Shown here in pieces: positions 28,604-38,163 of a DNA stretch of 64,000 bases. The position numbers and the translations under genes were made by a program. Positions within the stretch are counted from its first letter, which is position 1, and every line of letters starts with the position of its first letter. The notes under the pieces were generated by a model, which saw only the letters and a list, made by a program, of their open reading frames with translations, was not told where the DNA came from and made no database searches. The stretch is from Marispirochaeta sp. (GTDB lineage Bacteria; Spirochaetota; Spirochaetia; JC444; Marispirochaetaceae): the NCBI GenBank assembly GCA_963676835.2, contig CAXXFF010000001.1, positions 256,001-320,000 of the forward strand, in the 5' to 3' direction.

Positions 28604-30010
28604 ATGAAACAGAAAATTTCCAAAACATCCATTTTTGCCGTTTTTTTTATAATTCTGGTCTGCGTTACAGCTTCGCCCCTTTTCAGCGATGAACGCACGG
28701 AGAATATCGACGTTTTCCTTGTTCTCGACAAGTCCCTCAGCATGGTCGAAGAAATTGATTCAGTTGCCGACTACGTAGTGCAGGAACTTATCGAATCTAC
28801 CCTTATACCGGGAGATTTCTTTCTTGTTATCCAGTTCTACGGCCAGGCGGAAACTCTAGTGACCAGGAATATCACAGATACTGTCTCTTCCAAAACAGAA
28901 GTAGAAGACATTATCCGCACAATAGAGGCAGACGGCCATTTTACCGATATAGGTAACGCCCTGGACACACTGCGTTCGACACTTTCAAACTATCAGGACA
29001 GGGACAAACGCCGCTATATGCTGCTCATTACCGACGGAAAACAGGAAGCACCGCCACAGAGCATCTACTACAGCCCCGACGGGACCTTTAACCACGAATT
29101 CCTCGAGAACAGCAAGGTTATTCAGAAACAGGGCTGGAAGATTCATATTCTCGGAATAGGTGCCGGAACCTCTGCAAAAGAGCTTGCTGAAAACCTCAGC
29201 GCCACCTACTCGGAGGTTCCGGAAAACCCCGACGCCGAAGATCTTGCGGGAAGCACGGAAGATCTTCTCGGTATAATAGAAGCCGCTGCACCCGGATCGA
29301 TAGGTGCATTCAGTAAAAAAGGGAAAGCAAATATTAATCTGAGTCTGACAAGCAGCGGATATAACGAAGCGAAAACAGTACGCATTAAAAATCTGTATGT
29401 AACCTGGCAAGGTGTAGAATATCCGGCGGCTTCCGAAATCTCTATTGAAGTTCCCGCCGAAGGGAGTGTCACAGAGACAGTTAATCTGGAGCTTGAGCAC
29501 TATTCCGAGACCAACGGAAGGCTGGCTGCCGGGAACATTGAACTGCGGGCGGAATTCTACCCCGGGCCAGTATTTACCCCGGCCATAATAACTATTCCTG
29601 TCTCTCCGGTCAGCTTCTTTGGGCGTTTCTGGCCGCTGCTGCTTGCATTACTGCTGGTACTTCTTATAATTACTCTTATTGTCGTGCTTATAATCCGGGG
29701 CACATTCTCCAAAACCGGCATAGAAATTGAAGTTGATTTTGAGGAGACCGGGGAGAAGAAATTTTTTACCCTCGGAGAGAAAACACTGCTTTTCATATCT
29801 GAAGGAATCAACGGCATCAGTGTTGCAGCGAGGAAAACCGGCGAATTACTGGCTACCCTGCATACGGAGGGCGACCAGCTGATTATGATGCCGGAAAAGG
29901 ATGATGTACTGCTTGGCGGCCCAGTCAAAGGAAATATATTCGGCAGGAATCTTAAAATCAGGGACCGGTATGGAAAGTTCAAGGGACTTTTATTCAGCCG
30001 GAAAAGCTGA
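28604..30010 (+). CDS. von Willebrand factor A domain membrane protein (Tp0750-like)
   Basis: Signal peptide; MIDAS LVLDKSLSM, TDIGNAL, LLITDG; TM helix around aa 340-365. Confidence 0.85.
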   Translation: MKQKISKTSIFAVFFIILVCVTASPLFSDERTENIDVFLVLDKSLSMVEEIDSVADYVVQELIESTLIPGDFFLVIQFYGQAETLVTRNITDTVSSKTEVEDIIRTIEADGHFTDIGNALDTLRSTLSNYQDRDKRRYMLLITDGKQEAPPQSIYYSPDGTFNHEFLENSKVIQKQGWKIHILGIGAGTSAKELAENLSATYSEVPENPDAEDLAGSTEDLLGIIEAAAPGSIGAFSKKGKANINLSLTSSGYNEAKTVRIKNLYVTWQGVEYPAASEISIEVPAEGSVTETVNLELEHYSETNGRLAAGNIELRAEFYPGPVFTPAIITIPVSPVSFFGRFWPLLLALLLVLLIITLIVVLIIRGTFSKTGIEIEVDFEETGEKKFFTLGEKTLLFISEGINGISVAARKTGELLATLHTEGDQLIMMPEKDDVLLGGPVKGNIFGRNLKIRDRYGKFKGLLFSRKS

Positions 30011-30033
30011 GACAGGTCTGGTACAGGGAGATA

Positions 30034-31011
30034 ATGAATTTTCCACAGTTTGATCAGCTAATACATTCCTGTGATGAATTCATTCTTACCTGTCACGAAA
30101 CCCCGGACGGTGATGCAATTGGCAGCGAAATAGCCCTCTACCATGGGCTGAAACAGCTGGGAAAAAATGTAAGAATAATCAACAATGATCCGGCACCGGA
30201 TAAATACTCTTTTCTCTATAACAAAGAGACCATTGAAATTGCCTCCGACTTAAAAAGCATAGATCCCTCAGGTGCGGTAGTAATCATTCTCGATACGAAC
30301 GATATCAACAATACTGGCCTTGTGGGACGGGAAATTCTTCCCCGGGCATCCGGCTACTTTATAATAGACCACCATGAAAGTGGAACTGACATTGCAACGG
30401 GCAAACTTATCGAGGTCGATGCATCATCAACCTGCGAAATTCTTTTCAGGCTTATTTCCGACCTGGATATCGATTTGACTGAAATTATGGCCCAGGCCCT
30501 GTACACGGGTATTATCTATGACACAGGCTGTTTTGTTTACCCGAAAACAACGGCCTACACTTTTCAGGCAGCCAGAAAGCTGGTGGAAGCCGGAGCAAAA
30601 CCCTATGACATGTATTCTGCAATCTATGAGAGCAACTCAGTGTCATCCCTCAAGCTTCAGTCAAAGGTGCTTGCTACCCTGGAACTGTTTTATAATCAGC
30701 AGGTTGCAGTTCAGGTTATGGAAAAAAATGTCCTCCAGGAGACCGGCGCACAATACGAAGAAGCTGATTCACTTATCAATATACCCCTTAGATCAGGACG
30801 GATAAAAGTCAGCCTCTTTTTCAAGGAAAACCAGGAAGGACTGCTCCGCTGCTCTCTCAGATCAAAAGGCAATATCAACGTGGCGGCAATTGCTCAAAAA
30901 TATGGCGGCGGAGGACACAGAACCGCCGCGGGATTTAAATCCCCCTCCCCCCTGGCTCAGATTAAGGAGATGGTACTTACGGATCTTTCAGAGTATTTCG
31001 ATACTTTGTAA
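30034..31011 (+). CDS. nrnA: DHH family bifunctional oligoribonuclease/pAp phosphatase
   Basis: HETPDGDAIGS, IIDHH, GIIYDTG, SLRS, GGGGHRTAAG. Confidence 0.93.
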   Translation: MNFPQFDQLIHSCDEFILTCHETPDGDAIGSEIALYHGLKQLGKNVRIINNDPAPDKYSFLYNKETIEIASDLKSIDPSGAVVIILDTNDINNTGLVGREILPRASGYFIIDHHESGTDIATGKLIEVDASSTCEILFRLISDLDIDLTEIMAQALYTGIIYDTGCFVYPKTTAYTFQAARKLVEAGAKPYDMYSAIYESNSVSSLKLQSKVLATLELFYNQQVAVQVMEKNVLQETGAQYEEADSLINIPLRSGRIKVSLFFKENQEGLLRCSLRSKGNINVAAIAQKYGGGGHRTAAGFKSPSPLAQIKEMVLTDLSEYFDTL

Positions 31012-31103
31012 GGGCTCTTCATAAGGTCTATTTTTAAGGTCCACCCACAATAAACAGACTGATAATTGCCGGGGTTCGTATTTTAGGCTACAATCCCATC
31101 AAT

Positions 31104-32636
31104 ATGAAATACTTCGTGCTGAGTCTGCTGCTTTGTTCCCTTTTTATCTTCTCAGGTTGTCCGGAAGATGACGGGGCAATAGAAATCCTGTCAGAACCTG
31201 TTATAGTCACCACCACCGGCAGAACCGGCGCTGATAATAATCTCTCTGAAGCCTATTCAAATGAAGAGGAAGAAATCCAACCCAAGATTGATCTTTCCCG
31301 AGACAGTTCGATCATTCAGATTGTTAATGAAAATCTCGACATTGATCAGATAGAAGAACAGATAATTGCCTACCGCCCGGGGGACCTCCCGGGAACCCCC
31401 ATTCACCTCCTGGTTGCTGATTATGACGCAATACAGGACAGTTATTTTCCTGCCTGGGAAACAGTTCTGGATATTACCAACGGCATGAGCTTTGCCCTCA
31501 GTTTTATTGACCTGGTCGGGGACCATATACCGGAAATAGTCTGTACCGGCACCGATTCCGAAACCGGCAGCCAGTTGATGCGGGTCTATCGAAAGAGTAT
31601 AAGTCCCTCCGGTTTCGGCCTCTTTTTTTCTGAGGTTTGCAGCTTGTCAGTTCATGGATCCATACAGATAACCCAGATGGAACGGGATCAGGCATATTTC
31701 AACGGTCAGAAAAACGGAAAAAGCTTTCCCATTGTAACCCATGAGCAGGACAGGGATTCCTCGAATTTAAGCGACCTTATAAAAACAACCTACTACTGGC
31801 GCTATCAGGACAACGCTTATGTACAGGTTATGCGGGAAAAGGTGTATGGAGAAAAGATCGAAGACGAACGGCTGAGTCAGTTGTTCCGTTCCGGTGAAAA
31901 GGAATTTGAAGATTTTCTGCAGGGCCCATGGTTGAAATCTACTCAGGATTCCAGCGGCAGGGTATCCCGGTCCATCCTCTACTTCGACCGCAGTGAGGAC
32001 AGCTTTTCCATTTTTTCCGGTGACATACAGGAAGAGTATCTCTGGCAGGCTTCAAACAGAACCAACTATAATCAGCTGTATCTTATCGGCGCCAATGAGC
32101 TTATCCGCTTTATCAGGAAGCAGCTTTCAATTACTGTCCGGGATATGAACAATATCTATATCTGGACCAATGATACAAATGATACCTGGGGCGGAGATTA
32201 CCAGAGGGTTAGCGGCGATATTTCCCATCTTTTCAGGCAGCAGCAGGAAGGAAATGCACTGCCGGATATTTCATTGAGTGGTGTGTTTTCCAATGATTCC
32301 GGAGAATCCATTGTTTTTGATGAGCCCTGGTTTCAGTTCCGTAACAGCGAAGGAGAAAGAAAGGGAGGATATGCCCTCTATATTTCCGGATCCGGAATAG
32401 GCCAGAATATTGTGCTGGAGTTTAAATATCTCACCGATGCCGGGCTTGTAGAAGAACGTCAGGTCTACAAGACGGATTATATGGAAGAACTCAGGGGAGA
32501 TGAGATTATCCGGACCCTGGTACTTATTCCCGGGCAGGTAAGCATTTTCGGCTTTCAACCGAGTGAAAGCGGATATCTCCAGTATGAACAGATTGAAACG
32601 ATTGATACCGATAGCACCGATAGCGGGAAAAACTGA
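31104..32636 (+). CDS. Lipoprotein, pallilysin (Tp0751)-related adhesin
   Basis: Lipobox FSG-C; DLVGDHIPEIVCTG; position near a vWA gene and upstream of SPOR/LapA/miaB, as recalled for TP0750-0754. Confidence 0.6.
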   Translation: MKYFVLSLLLCSLFIFSGCPEDDGAIEILSEPVIVTTTGRTGADNNLSEAYSNEEEEIQPKIDLSRDSSIIQIVNENLDIDQIEEQIIAYRPGDLPGTPIHLLVADYDAIQDSYFPAWETVLDITNGMSFALSFIDLVGDHIPEIVCTGTDSETGSQLMRVYRKSISPSGFGLFFSEVCSLSVHGSIQITQMERDQAYFNGQKNGKSFPIVTHEQDRDSSNLSDLIKTTYYWRYQDNAYVQVMREKVYGEKIEDERLSQLFRSGEKEFEDFLQGPWLKSTQDSSGRVSRSILYFDRSEDSFSIFSGDIQEEYLWQASNRTNYNQLYLIGANELIRFIRKQLSITVRDMNNIYIWTNDTNDTWGGDYQRVSGDISHLFRQQQEGNALPDISLSGVFSNDSGESIVFDEPWFQFRNSEGERKGGYALYISGSGIGQNIVLEFKYLTDAGLVEERQVYKTDYMEELRGDEIIRTLVLIPGQVSIFGFQPSESGYLQYEQIETIDTDSTDSGKN

Positions 32637-32643
32637 TAAGGGT

Positions 32644-33438
32644 TCAATTAAGAATAAAACCTTCTATTCCCATCTCTTTTAAACGTATCAGCTCCGTTTG
32701 GGCCTCACCGCTTTCAGATACGGGTACTACGGTTTTGTAGATGATTCTGCCGCCGGGTCTCTCTTCTTTGATTATCCCTGCAGCGATACCCCTGCCTTTT
32801 AAAAATGCGACATGCTGATCGGCATTTTCTTTTTCGGAAAATGCACCGACCTGGATATTTACCATGGCGCCGTCAGAGGATCTGCTTTCAGTCTGAGGTA
32901 CAATTTCCTGCACGGCAAGTTCGTTATAGGGAGAAAAGAGTAGGCCTGTGCTGATTAACATGCCGCGATTGTGCGCATACGATTCCGGAGTACCGGCGAG
33001 GGAACTCTGACGGGATTGTATGGAAGCCTCACTGACACCGGGGACTGTCTCTTCCGTCGTGGCTGCAGGAACAGGAAGCAGACCGTGAGTCATTGCAAGG
33101 CGCTCTTTAAGGTATGAAACTGATACGGGATCTGTAATGCTGTTCAGCACAGCTTCAGCCTCCTCTGTTCTGCCTCCGAGAAGGAGAAGCTCAAGGGTTA
33201 ACTGCAGTGCAGCGGGCTTAAGTCTTTCTACAGATGCTGCATCTTCAAGGAGGGAAAGTCTGCCGTCAATAGTGTCGGCGGCCGAAATCCTTTTATGCAA
33301 AGCAATTACCGTGTCAGCAAGATTTACGGTCTGAGGAAAATCCTCCCATTCTGAATAAGATTCGTTCACAGAAGGTTCAGCCATGAGAGAAATGGCTGAA
33401 AAGGCCGCAATAAATATAAGCAGCGGGAAGAGCTTCAG
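32644..33438 (-). CDS. SPOR domain-containing exported protein; probable CTG start
   Basis: C-terminal IQVGAFSEKENA...YKTVV...LKEMGIEGFI. Signal peptide LKLFPLLIFIAAFSAISLMA lies upstream of the track ATG at 33384. Confidence 0.85.
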   Translation of the reverse strand: MKLFPLLIFIAAFSAISLMAEPSVNESYSEWEDFPQTVNLADTVIALHKRISAADTIDGRLSLLEDAASVERLKPAALQLTLELLLLGGRTEEAEAVLNSITDPVSVSYLKERLAMTHGLLPVPAATTEETVPGVSEASIQSRQSSLAGTPESYAHNRGMLISTGLLFSPYNELAVQEIVPQTESRSSDGAMVNIQVGAFSEKENADQHVAFLKGRGIAAGIIKEERPGGRIIYKTVVPVSESGEAQTELIRLKEMGIEGFILN

Positions 33439-33797
33439 GGAACTTTCTCCGGCTCCGGAACTTCTTTCTGACTGTCAGTTTTTTTATCACCTTTCTTTTT
33501 CCAGAATTTTTTACCGCTGAACTCAACCCCTACAGCATCCTGGGGAAGTTTACCCCTCTGAGCAGATTTGGCTTTAGCAATTTTCTGCCTTGATTTTTTC
33601 CTTCCAATAAAGCCGAGGGTAAAGGGGAGCATTATCAGAACTCCCGCAAAAAATGCAATGGAAAGGCTTATATAGACAGGAACATCGGAAAATGTATAGA
33701 AACCGAAGGAAATATCAGCCCGGTTATCTATATTTATTCCGACAAAAGCTATCACAAGACCTATAAAAATAAAAAAGATCAGTAATCTCCAGGGCAT
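33435..33797 (-). CDS. LapA-like two-TM membrane protein
   Basis: Two hydrophobic helices, N-x3-DISFGFYTFSDVPV, basic tail. Confidence 0.65.
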   Translation of the reverse strand: MPWRLLIFFIFIGLVIAFVGINIDNRADISFGFYTFSDVPVYISLSIAFFAGVLIMLPFTLGFIGRKKSRQKIAKAKSAQRGKLPQDAVGVEFSGKKFWKKKGDKKTDSQKEVPEPEKVP

Positions 33798-33843
33798 GGA
33801 AAAACCTCCAGGTACTCCGATGTTTTATTACCATATATTCGTA

Positions 33844-35136
33844 TCATACACGATATGTTATTCCGGACAATGTCCGCGGAACAAGTTTCAGAAACTCTCC
33901 GGGAACGTTTGAGCTGCCGGAGAAAACAATCATCTCATTTCTTTCGGTCCTGCCTAAAAGCTCCTCCGGATTTTTCCGTGAAGGACCTTCAACCAGTACC
34001 TTGACCGGCTTTAGAAGCCGGCTCTTTTTATTATCCTCGGTAATTTTACGCTGTTTATCAATAAGCTTTGCCAGCCTTTCAGTTTTGACATCCTCAGCAA
34101 CCTGATTCGTAAACCCCGCGGCTGCGGTTCCTTCCCGGGTGTTGTATTTGTAGGTGAATGCATCATCGTAACGGATTTCGTCAAGAAGCATAAGAGTATC
34201 TTCAAAATCCGGACCGGTTTCCCCGGGGAAGCCGATTAGAAGATCCGTAGTAAGTGAAATACCCGGGATAGCTTGTCTTATTTTCTTAACAAGAGAAATA
34301 TACTGCTCCCGGGTATATTTCCGGTTCATCTTTTTCAGCACGGAATCAGCTCCATGCTGAACAGGCAGGTGCAGATGCCGGCAGATGCGGCTATTCTCCG
34401 CCATAACTTCAATCAACCTGTTACTGAGGTCTTTTGGGTGGGAGCTCATAAACCTGACCCACTCAATAGAACTGACCTCACCGCAAATCTTTTCCAGAAG
34501 GTCCGGAAACAGAAGGCCTGAATCATCCCTGTAGGAGTTGACGTTCTGTCCTATGAGGGTGATCTCTTTTACCCCGGCATCATCAAGTCGTTGAATCTCT
34601 TCAATAATATCACCATAGCTTCTGGATACTTCACGTCCCCGTACATACGGGACAATACAGTAGGTACAGAAATTATTACAGCCATGCATGATCGGGACAA
34701 ATGCACTGTGACCACCGGGAGAAATTTCAGCAGAAAGAAATTCATAAATTTCTCCGCCGAAGAAATCCATGCGGCCCTTCAGATTCTCCGTCCGCGAAAG
34801 AAACTGGATAAACTCCTGCTTGCCGAAGGTACCGACAAGCATATTAACCGTAGGAAAAGCGTCCCGGAGAGAGGTCTGCATGCGTTCCGTCATACAGCCC
34901 ATCACCACAAGGGAAAGATCCCGGGTCTCTTTAAGATGCTGATAATGACCGATACGGCCGTGTATGCGCTGCTCTGCAGACTTACGCACAGCGCAGGTAT
35001 TGAGTATTACAATATCTGCGTCTTCTCCGCTTTCTGCCTGCTGCCAGCCGCGGTTTTTCAGTTCCCTTTCCAGAGAAAAGGACTCGGACGCGTTCATCTG
35101 ACAGCCGTATGTTTCCAGAAAAAAAGTGCCCTTCAT
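33844..35136 (-). CDS. miaB: tRNA-2-methylthio-N6-dimethylallyladenosine synthase
   Basis: ETYGCQMN, NTCAVR, GCNNFCTYCIVPYVRG, GQNVNSY, SHPKD, GFPGET, C-terminal TRAM domain. Confidence 0.96.
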   Translation of the reverse strand: MKGTFFLETYGCQMNASESFSLERELKNRGWQQAESGEDADIVILNTCAVRKSAEQRIHGRIGHYQHLKETRDLSLVVMGCMTERMQTSLRDAFPTVNMLVGTFGKQEFIQFLSRTENLKGRMDFFGGEIYEFLSAEISPGGHSAFVPIMHGCNNFCTYCIVPYVRGREVSRSYGDIIEEIQRLDDAGVKEITLIGQNVNSYRDDSGLLFPDLLEKICGEVSSIEWVRFMSSHPKDLSNRLIEVMAENSRICRHLHLPVQHGADSVLKKMNRKYTREQYISLVKKIRQAIPGISLTTDLLIGFPGETGPDFEDTLMLLDEIRYDDAFTYKYNTREGTAAAGFTNQVAEDVKTERLAKLIDKQRKITEDNKKSRLLKPVKVLVEGPSRKNPEELLGRTERNEMIVFSGSSNVPGEFLKLVPRTLSGITYRV

Positions 35137-35156
35137 GCTGTGAACTGCTGCTACGC

Positions 35157-36404
35157 CTAATGCTTGAAGGAACGCTGGCCGGTGTAGACCATGGTGGCCT
35201 TAAATTCGTTAACTGCTTCGATGGTTTCAAAATCCCGCAGCGAGCCGCCGGGCTGTATTATTGCAGAAACACCCTCGTTCAGCCCCACTTCCGCACCGTC
35301 ACGGAACGGAAAAAACGCATCGGAGACCATGACAGAACCTTCTATACCGCCTTTGAGTTTCCGTACCTCTTCCTGTATTTCATTGCGCTTATCCGCATCT
35401 GTCAGAAGTGCAAAGGGTGTTGCATAACGCTCCCAGCATATACGGTCTTCAAGTTTGCGGTAGGCTTTATCCCTGGCAATTTCAGCGACCCCTACCCGAT
35501 CCTGCTCGCCGGTTCCGATACCGACAGAAACACCGTCTTTTACGTAGATAACTGAATTACTGGTAATACCGGCCTCAAGATACCATCCAAAGATCATGTC
35601 CTGTATTTCTCTATCTGTAGGAGCCCGCAGAACTTTATAACTGCTTCCCTTGTAATCGGAGGAAGCCGGCAGCAGCTTTTCGGGGGTCAGTTTTTCGGGG
35701 ACAAAGGACCACTGCATGACAATTCCCCCGTCAATGAGAGACTTGAAATCCAGAACTCTTGCTCCGATATACTGCTCAAGGCGTTCAATATTTCCGATCC
35801 GCATAACACGGAGGTTTTTCTTTTTGGCGAAAAGATCAAGGACTCCGTCGGCATATTCCGGAGCGGCAACAACCTCGCAATAGCTTTCGCATATAGCCTC
35901 GGCGGTTGCCATATCCATAGTCCGGTTTACCACAACAGCCCCGCCGAAAGCGGCAATGCGGTCCGCCATAAGGGCTTTTCTGTAGGCCGATTCAAGGGAA
36001 TCGGAAACCGCGGCACCGCAGGGATTGTTATGCTTAACAATTACTGCACAGGGCGTATCACAGAAATAGCGGAGAATATTGAGGGCATTGTCCACGTCGG
36101 TAATATTTGTTTTCCCCGGGTGTTTGCCGCTCTGGAGAAGTTCCACATCTGATGCAAGATATTTACCTGCCTGCAGAGTTGCAAGCTCTCCAAGGGTTAC
36201 ATTTCCGTTTACCAGTCGGTAGAGAGCTGCAGGCTGATCCGGGTTCTCACCATAACGGAGTCCATTTGATTCACCATCAATGGTCCAGAGCATCTTTTCA
36301 TAAAAGAGGGTCTGGCTCCCTCTGTCATCCCGGAGAGTTATCTCCATATTTGAAGGAAAATCATCATGAAGTATGGTGCTGTACTGTTTACGGTTTGCCT
36401 GCAT
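35157..36404 (-). CDS. purH: AICAR transformylase half of a split PurH
   Basis: LRYGENPDQPAALY, KHNNPCG, AFGG, SDAFFPF, IIQPGGS, RSFKH. Confidence 0.88.
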   Translation of the reverse strand: MQANRKQYSTILHDDFPSNMEITLRDDRGSQTLFYEKMLWTIDGESNGLRYGENPDQPAALYRLVNGNVTLGELATLQAGKYLASDVELLQSGKHPGKTNITDVDNALNILRYFCDTPCAVIVKHNNPCGAAVSDSLESAYRKALMADRIAAFGGAVVVNRTMDMATAEAICESYCEVVAAPEYADGVLDLFAKKKNLRVMRIGNIERLEQYIGARVLDFKSLIDGGIVMQWSFVPEKLTPEKLLPASSDYKGSSYKVLRAPTDREIQDMIFGWYLEAGITSNSVIYVKDGVSVGIGTGEQDRVGVAEIARDKAYRKLEDRICWERYATPFALLTDADKRNEIQEEVRKLKGGIEGSVMVSDAFFPFRDGAEVGLNEGVSAIIQPGGSLRDFETIEAVNEFKATMVYTGQRSFKH

Positions 36405-36406
36405 GA

Positions 36407-37096
36407 CTACTCCTTTTCCTTGTAGGTATACAGGTTCAGACTGCCGATGTCACTGAAGCCCTCAAGATAAGCGGCGATTGCAGTATCATACTCTGCGGTA
36501 TGATTGAAGGCTTTTTTCGCCAGCCGAAAGCGCTGCTCCATGCTGGTACAGCCGCCCTGGTTTTCTATGTTTTTGAGGATTGCCGGGTAATCAGCAGGGT
36601 CGCATACCGGTGCTACCCGAAGAAAGTTCTTGGCCGAGGCCCGGATCATACAGGGTCCGCCGATATCAACATTCCCCCGGGCATTCTCCAGGGTGGCATT
36701 GTCTTTCGCAATGGTCTCCCGGAAGGGATACAGATTAACCACAGTCATATCAAACTGAATCCCGCCGGTGCGGGCCAGGTCCTGCTGATGGGATTTATTA
36801 AAGCTTTCCGACAGCAGCCCCAGATATATTTTAAAATCCAGGGTCTTTACCAGTCCCCCCTGCATTTCCGGCTGGCCGGTGTAATCGGCTACCTTTTTAA
36901 GGCGGTCGGCGTTCTTTTTGCCGAGGATTTTTTCGAGGGCGGCATAAGTGCCACCGGTGCTGTAAAAGGTAATTTCCGGCACCGCCCGAACAAGACCGGC
37001 AACAAACTCTTCCAGACCAGATTTATCCGCCACACTGAGCAGTACATTGCGCACTTTGACCAGGTTTTCCGCCTGGGAAACATAATTAAGATTCAT
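36407..37096 (-). CDS. purH: IMP cyclohydrolase (MGS-like) half of a split PurH
   Basis: LLSVADKSG, STGGT, TGQPEMQGGLVKTL, VVNLYPF, VDIGGPCMIRASAKN, AFNHTAEYD. Confidence 0.88.
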   Translation of the reverse strand: MNLNYVSQAENLVKVRNVLLSVADKSGLEEFVAGLVRAVPEITFYSTGGTYAALEKILGKKNADRLKKVADYTGQPEMQGGLVKTLDFKIYLGLLSESFNKSHQQDLARTGGIQFDMTVVNLYPFRETIAKDNATLENARGNVDIGGPCMIRASAKNFLRVAPVCDPADYPAILKNIENQGGCTSMEQRFRLAKKAFNHTAEYDTAIAAYLEGFSDIGSLNLYTYKEKE

Positions 37097-37109
37097 ACTG
37101 AACTATTCC

Positions 37110-37997
37110 TTATTTCCGTCGTTTAAGCGCTGCTTCCGCAGACGCAACGGTGTTGTACATCAACATGGTAATGGTCATGGGGCCGACACCTCCCGGAACA
37201 GGAGTAATCATGGACGCAACCTTTTCTACACTGGTAAAATCAGCATCCCCCTCCAGACGGTAACCGCGCTTTTTGGTTTCATCCGGCACCCGGTTAACCC
37301 CTACATCGATAACTACTGCTCCGGGCTTGACCATATCTCCCGTTACAGTGCCCGCACGTCCGGCAGCTACAATGAGAATATCCGCTCTCTTTGTGTGAAA
37401 GGCCATGTCTTTGGTTCCTGTGTGGCAGACTGTTACCGTTGCATTTCCCGGCTGAGCTTTTCTGAAAAGAAGGTTGGCAATGGGCTTTCCCACAATATTG
37501 CTGCGCCCGACCACGACAACTTCCGCCCCGGAGGTTTCCACCCCCGACTCTTCTATCAGTTTCAGAATACCGTTGGGCGTACAGGGCAGAAAACAATCCT
37601 GTCCGAGAACCATATTCCCCACGCTGACCGGATGAAACCCGTCCACATCCTTTTCCGGATTGATTGCCATAATAACCCTGTTTTCATCTATCTGAGAAGG
37701 CAGTGGAAGCTGCACAAGAATACCGTGAATAACGGGATCAGCATTCAGCTCTTCAACTATCTTTAAAAGATCCATTTCGGAAGTAGATGCCTCTAATCGT
37801 ATCTCCCTCGAATACATCCCGAGCTGCGCGCAGGCACGTTCTTTTGCAGTAACATACGAAACGCTGGCCGGATCCTCACCCACCAGGACTACTGCAAGCC
37901 CGGGTGTTACCCCTGCCTGCTTCAGATTGTCTATGCGTGACTTCAGATCTTCCCGAACTTTTTCCGCTATCTGTTTACCGTCGATCAATTTAGCCAT
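37110..37997 (-). CDS. folD: Methylenetetrahydrofolate dehydrogenase/cyclohydrolase
   Basis: GILVQLPLP, EKDVDGFHP, PCTP, GRSNIVGKP, DVGVNR, TPVPGGVGPMT. Confidence 0.98.
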   Translation of the reverse strand: MAKLIDGKQIAEKVREDLKSRIDNLKQAGVTPGLAVVLVGEDPASVSYVTAKERACAQLGMYSREIRLEASTSEMDLLKIVEELNADPVIHGILVQLPLPSQIDENRVIMAINPEKDVDGFHPVSVGNMVLGQDCFLPCTPNGILKLIEESGVETSGAEVVVVGRSNIVGKPIANLLFRKAQPGNATVTVCHTGTKDMAFHTKRADILIVAAGRAGTVTGDMVKPGAVVIDVGVNRVPDETKKRGYRLEGDADFTSVEKVASMITPVPGGVGPMTITMLMYNTVASAEAALKRRK

Positions 37998-38092
37998 GGA
38001 TGACTCCTTGAGTGTTTATGAGGTGTACCATAATTTCACTACAAAATCAATTAACACCCTTTTTCGGTCGAATGTGTGCAGAGTATTCAATA

Positions 38093-38121
38093 TTGAAAAA
38101 ATCAGACCCGGGTGATACTAT
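38093..38121 (+). promoter_or_regulatory. sigma70 promoter of the OMP-lipoprotein pair
   Basis: TTGAAA-17-TACTAT; palindrome TTCAATATTGAA overlaps the -35. Confidence 0.55.
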
Positions 38122-38163
38122 CAACCATTATATACGAACCCAATATATCCAGCGAGGTGTCCC

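Noticed and set aside
36380..36430. PurH split as a frameshift or pseudogene
   Set aside because: Clean stop, SD AAGGAG and ATG, with extra terminal residues on both halves; looks like real fission.
37998..38163. ZTP/THF riboswitch upstream of folD-purH, or purine riboswitch upstream of purB
   Set aside because: Leaders are short and occupied by promoter elements; no aptamer consensus recognised. An Infernal/Rfam scan would settle it.
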